Of a stretch of DNA of 64,000 nucleotides, positions 56,683-64,000 are shown in pieces (within the stretch, counting starts at the first letter, position 1; each line of letters opens with the position of its first letter). The position numbers were made by a program, and so were the translations under genes. A model generated the notes under the pieces. The model had not been told where the DNA came from. It worked only from the letters and a program-made list of their open reading frames with translations, and did no database searches. The DNA is from Epithemia pelagica (taxonomy: Eukaryota > Protista > Bacillariophyta): NCBI GenBank assembly GCA_946965045.2, contig OX337239.1, forward strand, positions 2,852,001 through 2,916,000, written 5' to 3'.

Positions 56683-57156
56683 CATGGCGAGGCACTGAAA
56701 CGAATCGGCCGCTATCTCATGGGCACCGTCGAAAGAGGTCTGATCCTACAACTATCCAAAGATCTCATCTGCATTGATTGTTATGTGAACGCCGACTTTG
56801 CTGGACTGTGGAGCAATGAAGACTCCGATGACCCAAGATCCGTATGATCGAGAACCGGATTTATTATTACCACAGTCCCCGATTAACCTGGTGGAGCAAA
56901 CTACAAACAGAAATTGCGCTTTCAACTATGGAAGCCGAATACATCGCAGCCTCTACAAGTATGCAAACACTCCTCCCACTACGAAACCAACTATCCAAGA
57001 TCATCAATCATCTGAAACGTGCCTCCGCTGGACCTAGCTTCGTCTGTACCATCTGGGAAGATGATAACCAAGCAGCGCCCTCCAACTGGCCACAAAAGAT
57101 CCACCACGCATGACAACACGTAGCAAGCACAATGGCATCAAGAATCATTGGTTCCG
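56683..57156 (+). pseudogene. Copia RT/RNase H relic of a third lineage
   Basis: HGEALKRIGRYL, YVNADFAGLW, SRTGF, WSKLQTEIALSTMEAEYIA, EDDNQAA, KHNGIKNHWFR, with stops and frameshifts. Confidence 0.88.
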
Positions 57157-58635
57157 CGCTCACCCGCCTTGGCGGACTTACTTAAGCGAAGACAGACTTA
57201 CTTAAGCACAATGGCATCTAGAATCATTGGTTTCGCGCTCACCCGCCTTGGAGGACTTACTTAAGCGGTCCACTGCTCGAAGCTATTGCCCTCCTCGTCG
57301 TCCTAAGCTCTCCTCGTCGTGCCCCTCTTCGTCGGCACTCCTAGCAGTCAAAGTAGATACTACCCTACCCTGGTTGGTCCTACTTCATTTATGATTCAAT
57401 GTTCTGATACTAACCATTTCTGTTGTTGCTGTTGCAAGAAAGTGGGAGTGTTTGTATTCATGGTGTCCACCTGGCTTTCCATGGTCATCCATTCCTCGAG
57501 AGCTTGGTCCTGATGACTCTCGACTGCGTGTCCTTAAGGATGTAAGAGTAAATTATTGGTATTACGCCTGGTGGTGCCACCTGTTATGGGAATGTGCATA
57601 AAGAAAGTGACACCCTGACACTGGAGGGACCATGCTACTTCTGGTGTTGATTGTGGTGGTAGTTGCAATGACAGGGATATGCTGTCCATGAAGGATGAGG
57701 ATGATGCTGTCCAGAATAACACACAAGGATTGGAAGTGCACCCACATTCACACTTGTATGTATGTAACACAAGACAAGAACACCAATTTCTGTCGTTGGT
57801 ACTCCGTTCAACTCTGCTATTTTCCTTTTTCTTGTTGTTGGAGCAATAAGTCATTCCATTGATGAGCCTGTAATTGAATCCATGCAAGACGACAAGCAAG
57901 GCCATAATGGGCATGGTTATCACCTTGAATTTGTTCCTTACCAAAGGATCGAGGTTCAAAATGCGCCCTCCTTATATATGTTTGGAGTCATGGGCACCAA
58001 GTTCTGAGGTCAAGAGCATCACGACATGTTGGAGACAAATTGTATGCAGAAATGTGACGTTGGATTCCTTTCTTTCCTCTTTAGAACAAGAATGGGACAC
58101 AGTCAATAGAGATTTCATTTGAAGTGTCACAAGTCTATTGATTGTCAATTGTAAATGATGCTCATTGAAGTTAATTGGATTTTTGTTTTCCAGGAGGGAG
58201 ATATGGTTCAATCATACAACTCTTAGCTCATCCCAACTAAGATAAGCTCAGAGACAAGAATATACTCTCAATAAACAAGAGAGGCTGCAGTGACAAAAAA
58301 GGACACCACTAAGGTGCTTGAGCTCTAATTCTTAGGTGATTTGGAATGCAGTTCTAGTTGCTCTGCTCAGGTTCATTGTTTCTGGTCTACCGTAAATAGC
58401 GGAACTTAAGATCCATCAAATGTCCTCTTTTTAGGCAAAATGGTTCTTATCTTCTGCACATTAACATTAGGGTGGCTCCTTAAAATCTTGCTCATCTCAA
58501 CACGCGTCTCCCCTACATTTTTCCTTTCAGCCGGGCTCATCTTTCTGACAATGAGTGACGAAGACAACAAGGATGATACTGAGACATACAGTGACGAAGA
58601 CGAAGAGCAGTTACCAAAATCTCGGAAAGGGTCGA

Positions 58636-58805
58636 AACGCCGCAGAAGATTCTCAATTGGGACCAAAATGAAATTTTGTAAAGTCCGTGACAAGCTTAAT
58701 GACAAGAGAGGGGATGTCGCAGCGAAAAGCCGCAGCCCAATTCAACGTCACACACAAGCAAGTTATTGAGTGGAGACGGCAGCTACCGAAGATGAAAGAG
58801 TTGGA
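58636..58805 (+). pseudogene. Possible HTH DNA-binding fragment of a pogo/Tc1-like transposase
   Basis: RRRFSIGTKMKF...EWRRQLPKMKEL across a frameshift; pattern resemblance only. Confidence 0.25.
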
Positions 58806-59619
58806 TGAGTTCCGATGATTCAGGTGATGAGATTTTGTTCCCACCTGCTGAACCCCTGGTGGCAAACACAAGAGTTGCTGTGGATGGTGCTATGGATGAC
58901 TTGGACTCTGATGATTCTGAGGTTGTAATTGCACCCACAGAAGTTTAACAAAGAATTCAATGCATACATTCTAATATATTTTCTTAGGTACTACTCGGAT
59001 TACTTTTGTCCATAGCAGTGTTGCTGCGCTTGGTACGGGGTGAACGGACGATATCAAATGCAGGTGTATCCGACATACGACGCTTCTGTGCTGGAGTTCG
59101 GAAAGTTGGCGCAATACCCTTTTTTGTTTCCAGCATGAGGTGGAGCAAGAGGTGGAGCAAGAGGTGGAGCAAGAGGTGTCGAAATGATGGCTGCAATAGC
59201 ACATCCTTTATTCTTGAGAGTCCGTTTCGTTGGACTTTCTCTGTCTTCTGGGTCGTACACTTCCTAAACCTGGCAGAGGACACCTTGGTATGATCGCCAA
59301 TGCTTGATAAGATGCCGAGGAAGGAAGCCTACACGACAACGATTGATTCCGTCTGTGACCCAAACAGCCTCAATGGCTGTTTCTTCCTTTTTGTCGTCAT
59401 TGACAATCTAGACCTTCTTGAGACACAACACAACATCATCTGCAACTATAGAGCCACAACAGTTGGTATGCTGGGTACAGTTCCGTCCACGTGAACCACA
59501 GTTTATCCCAACAATCTCAACTACCTGCCCTGATGGATAGAACGACATTGTGTTGGTGGCGGAGGAGATTAATGGCTGACGAGAGTCTTGGTTGCACGAG
59601 ATGCAATTCTACACCCAAA

Positions 59620-62600
59620 ATTCTAGCGCGCGCTTGAGAATATTGGGCGCGCACGTGTTGGGCCATAATTAATATCCGATCGGTCGCTCATAACACGTAC
59701 ATTGCGAGCATGCCTTGGCCGAATTTTAAGGTCTGCGAGCATGCCGTCATTCTTTTCTCACTTTTGCGAAAATGTCATCGGATGCCATAAAATACTAGCA
59801 TCAGTCGATGAGTTGTAGATTCCACCACCACCTAGTTGCACTCCCCACAATTCGTCGAGTGAGGATTGTTATTTTCCTTTGTCGTTCTTGTGATTGTTTC
59901 CAATCCAGAGGAAGAAGAAGGTCTTGGACATCGTCTATCATGTGGAGAATTTCCAATGTTTGCCGAGAACATCTTCTGGATTGGTGTATAAAAACGTCCG
60001 AGGCAGTTGATAATAAATCCAACATTCTTGAGTGTAAAGTTGTTGCAGATACCTTCAGAGCTCTCCTCCCCGGGTGCTTTCTTCATCCAAACATTGGCAA
60101 TTGCTTTACTTGGTGACAAATCCATATAAAGAAAGACATCAAATAAACAGTCATGTTGATGTGCTCCTGAAGAATCGAATCCATTTGAGGTCTTGTAGTA
60201 GGTAACCAAGGTGTGACATATTTCCTTGAGTTCTTGTCTTGCGACTATCAAGGTCTTCTCCCCAGCTAAAGCTTTCAGGTTGCATGCATTTCCAATGTAT
60301 GCTCTCCATATATCCATATCATTGAGAGGCCCAAGGTAGATGGTAGTATGGAAGTTGCACAAGGAAATAGCACATGGACAGATTGCCTCAACTGGTTCTT
60401 TGGTAAAATGTTCACACGTGACAAGAAGTGCCTTGCATCTATCATCATGTTTCACAAGAAAGACTTGAATCTTGTTGTGATACTCTTCTTGTGCATCTAA
60501 CATTTTCCCAAGATGGACTTGAACTTGATCATGATCCTTCAATGTCTTGAGTGATTGAATCTGTGAGGGTCCAAAATCGGTAGTGTCTTGCCACTTGTTT
60601 TTGCCATGTTGCTTGTCTAAAACAATTGCTTCTTTGTGTGTCTGTGGAACGTGTGGGTAACCAAACTTGTACTTGACAAAAAAACTGAGCTGCTTGATTC
60701 TTGACTGCTGTTTAGCAGCTTGAATGAGGCATTCACTGATCTTGAAAAATGCTTGAAATGCTTCCATCCAAGTTCATTCAGTAGGTCATGTTTCTTGCCA
60801 TAGACAATGGTAATGGTGGGTGTTGGAGGCTCAAAGATCATCTCCCCAGTCTCCCAATCAACAAGTACATTCCAGCGACTCCCTTTGTAGTCAGGGTTGT
60901 TGTTACTGCTCAAAGGTCCTTCATGTATGACAATATCTCTGAATTGGAAAACAACATCTTCAGTTGCCTGTTCCTGGTTGTCCTGTCCATTGTATTCCAC
61001 AAGTTGACTGCATGAGATCACCTTCTTGTCAATATAGGATTTGTGTTTGCAGAAAATATACTTCTTGATACATGCTTCTTGCTTGAAAGCCTCTTCTTCT
61101 AAATTGACATGTTGGATTATACATGCTTGTTGTTGCTCCCCATTTCCCTCTGCTGGTTTGTAAGGAAACTCTTGTCCAAAAATTTTGTCGCAGTTCTTGA
61201 TCGTAGGCATTTGTGCGGATGGATCTTCACCTTTGCTACAAATGAAAACGGTGTCAGCTTGCTTGTCATTGGGTTTATTTGGAAGTGACTCCTCCCCTGA
61301 AGAGGCATCCGGACAAAGATAGGGTGCATAAGATTCGGTACAGGAGAAGACCTTGTCGCAGAGAAGGAAGAAAAGGGGTTGGGAAAAATCGGGTGGGTGA
61401 CCATTGAGGATCTGAAGAGTAAGATGACCAGAAACGTTTATGATGACGTAAGGCATCTTCTTAACGGTTGGATAACGCTTCTCAGTCATGTTGTGATCTT
61501 GATGGTACAGTTTGGAACAAGAGTCTCCAATAAGGGCTGAGGAGAAGGAAGGTGTATCAGGTCCATGATCGTAGGTAAATCCAAAAGGAGTCATGTTGTG
61601 ATCTTGATGGTACAGTTTGGAACAAGAGTCTCCAATAAGGGCTGAGGAGAAGGAAGGTGTATCAGGTCCATGATCGTAGGTAAATCCAAAAGGTGAGTGA
61701 GGTTACAGACATCACGATCAGTGTACTCCCCATAATGCGTCATACTACCATCAGTGTTGACTTGTTGCCAGTAAGAAGCACTGTCAGGTGATGAGGCAGG
61801 ATGCAAATGATCCAAAACACCAGGATCCCATGTATCAGGTGATGTGAAGATGATCTGAGGTAATGTCTCCATGTCATCATCACTGGGGATACCTAAGGAG
61901 TGAATGTATGCTAGTCCCTCTTTGATGTGCAGAGACATAGCACGGCCATCAAGTGTTGTGATGCATTGTTTTCCATCAACTTTGACGGATCGTTCATCAA
62001 CAGCATGTCCAAAGTGCTCGAATTGTCCAGGAGTATGGATCGATTGTCCTTTTCCGTGGAATGCATATTCATTGAAGATGCCAATAATGGGTCCATCATT
62101 GGTTTCAAACTTAGCGGCACATGTGACAATAGGAATCTCAGTAAGCTCATGATTGTCGATACCCATAATGGATATATGACGACCAGTCTTAGAAAGGATG
62201 CGCATGTCAGAACCAGCAAGTCCTCCATTAGCACCACGGTCAACCAATTGGTTTCCTGGGAGAGTAGATTTCCTGGAAGACAGATAGTGCAGTATGTGTC
62301 CTTCCTGTTTATGCATATTGGCCTTGAGGCTAACCTTCTTGCTTGTTTTTGACTTGGCGTTGGATAGAACACTGGTCAAGTCAGATGCTGGATGATTGAT
62401 GTCAGTCGTCATGGCTTGGTTGATGAATTGTGTAACTGGATCTGACTCATCTTGATGCTCGGAAGTCGCACCAAGTGAAGCATTTTTAGAAACAGCTTCT
62501 TGACTGGGGTCAGGATCAGGTTCCGGATCAATGTCAAGGGCATGTGTCTGCACTTTCCTTGGCGTTGTTGATGATGGTGCATGAATCATCTTGCTGTACT

Positions 62601-64000
62601 CAATGATCAACTTGCGATCTTCTTCAGAAAGTTTGAACCATAGGTCACGCGGCAGACTAACCTTAGATGAAGAGGATGGAGAGTCAGATGTCACGTTAGT
62701 GTTGTGAACATGATACTCCATATCATCTTGTGGGCTTAAGTCAGCATCTGTATCTTGGCCGTATTGTGAATCATGTTGTTTGACATGTCGACGGCGACTA
62801 TGTGCAGATGACTGGGTTGCTTGATCATGGTCATAAGCTGCGTCTAGAAGGAGACCAAAGTATGATTGATAGCAAAGGGATTTTGCACCGGATTTTGTGT
62901 TCACCACATTGTCCAAGATCTTGACTCGGCGGAGATCAGGTACCTTTTCTACAGCTTGCATGAGGAAAGTCATCCTGGTATGATCAGGGATGCGATCAGA
63001 CAATGTCACAAGATTGTCTAGCAAACGTAGCTGCTCTTGAAAGTGTAGAAGAAATTGACGTGTTGTTCCACGCCATGTGTCATCAAGACGTAGATTGGAA
63101 ATGTAGTTGGTTAAACGTAGGACTTCTCGTTTTGCGAGATCAGATTCAGTATGTAATGAATGTAACTTCTTCAATACGGCACGCGCATCTTCATCATGTT
63201 CATGTTCACGTACATAGGCTCGACCTTGGTCAGTCTGGATAATACGGACAAGAACGGAGTAAAGAAATACTTGTTGCTCTTGGAATAGTTCTTCATCATA
63301 CTCATCATCTTTGGGAGGTGTGTACTTGAAATTCAGAACGTTGGATAGGCCTTGTGCCTTAGCTGTAGTCTTGAATACACGCCAGAATGAATCCTAGTAT
63401 CGTTCATCCTTGAATACCTCATATACAGTTGCGTCGCGCTTAGTTCCCTTTCTGAACGCCGTTAGGTCTTGTTGAGATTGGGATGCGGCAGTAACTGTGC
63501 TGACAGATTTTGCAGATGACGGCGACTTCATTGGCAAGACTGGGACTTGGCTAGGTTGTCCATTGGAGAAATTTGTATTGATCCTCCAAATGTTGAACTC
63601 TTTCCTCGTTAGGGTCATCCAGTCGCTATTGGATAGCTCATCTTGAATTTCATTGGTCTTGTGTATGGCCCAATAGGCTAAGAGCTTGATATGTTGTCTT
63701 GTAGGACCTTGCAGATCATGCGTCTTGTTGTTGACCTTGTACTGGGTTAGTTCGTTCATGGATTCCTCAGTATTGGTTTGCATGTACGAGAGAACATGAG
63801 TTATGTTCTCAAAACCATGGTATTTCATCCACTTCATTAAATAGTCAGCTCTTTCTTTGGTAAAGTGTTGACAAGCAGTATATATGATGTGGTCGAATAA
63901 GTCTGTGTTCGAGACATTGTCTTGGTTATCTTCTCCCTTAGGAGTCGTAGGTGTCTTGGGTGGTTGAGGATCCATGGTAGTACTTGATTGGTTTTATTTA
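59620..64000 (-). mobile_element. Degenerate, mosaic copy of copia family B, continuing past the window end
   Basis: gag 63394-63975 and 61591-63174 (stop at 63394); deleted IN/RT remnants 59832-61594; PPT GTGGGGAG then TG at 59840; diverged LTR relic at about 59620-59840. Confidence 0.92.
61484..61693. repeat. 105-bp tandem duplication inside the degenerate copia
   Basis: AGTCATGTTGTGATC...CCAAAAGG at 61484 and 61589. Confidence 0.9.

Noticed and set aside
57534-58211. Possible pogo DDE remnant (LNLDPLVRNKFK)
   Set aside because: Only faint resemblance, and on the opposite strand to the HTH-like fragment; cannot be supported without a profile search.
59138-59175. (GAGGTGGAGCAA)x3 and the poly-C tract near 31590
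   Set aside because: Ordinary short tandem or simple repeats with no further structure.

Overview
Eukaryotic, transposon-dense window, most likely a diatom (inference from CoDi-type Ty1/copia elements lacking CCHC/HHCC fingers, Plavaka and piggyBac transposases). No prokaryotic-type genes, rRNA, tRNA genes or CRISPR arrays were seen. Left to right: (1) a cluster of unknown genes, one split in frame by a full-length but decayed copia element (2016-9426); (2) a double-RING gene, a 23-aa-repeat protein, a TET/JBP-like dioxygenase and two head-to-head Cys-rich paralogs; (3) an 11.5-kb array of a 170-bp satellite with higher-order duplications; (4) an assembly gap; (5) a Plavaka-type transposase with a divergent partner gene, split in frame by a three-LTR copia composite (33656-46026) that carries an intact 1895-aa gag-pol and an extra ORF upstream of gag; (6) two more Cys-rich paralogs and an inverted relic of the satellite; (7) a dead piggyBac transposase holding two nested non-autonomous elements; (8) copia relics and a third, mosaic copy of the second copia family. 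Best candidates for new biology: a putative large Plavaka-family cargo element linked to a TET/JBP gene, RING ligase and a Cys-rich family, possibly seeding the satellite; and two unrelated copia families whose primer-binding sites match anticodon arms (tRNA-Ile, probably with inosine 34, and tRNA-Asn). Domain calls come from motifs read by eye; no database searches were run.
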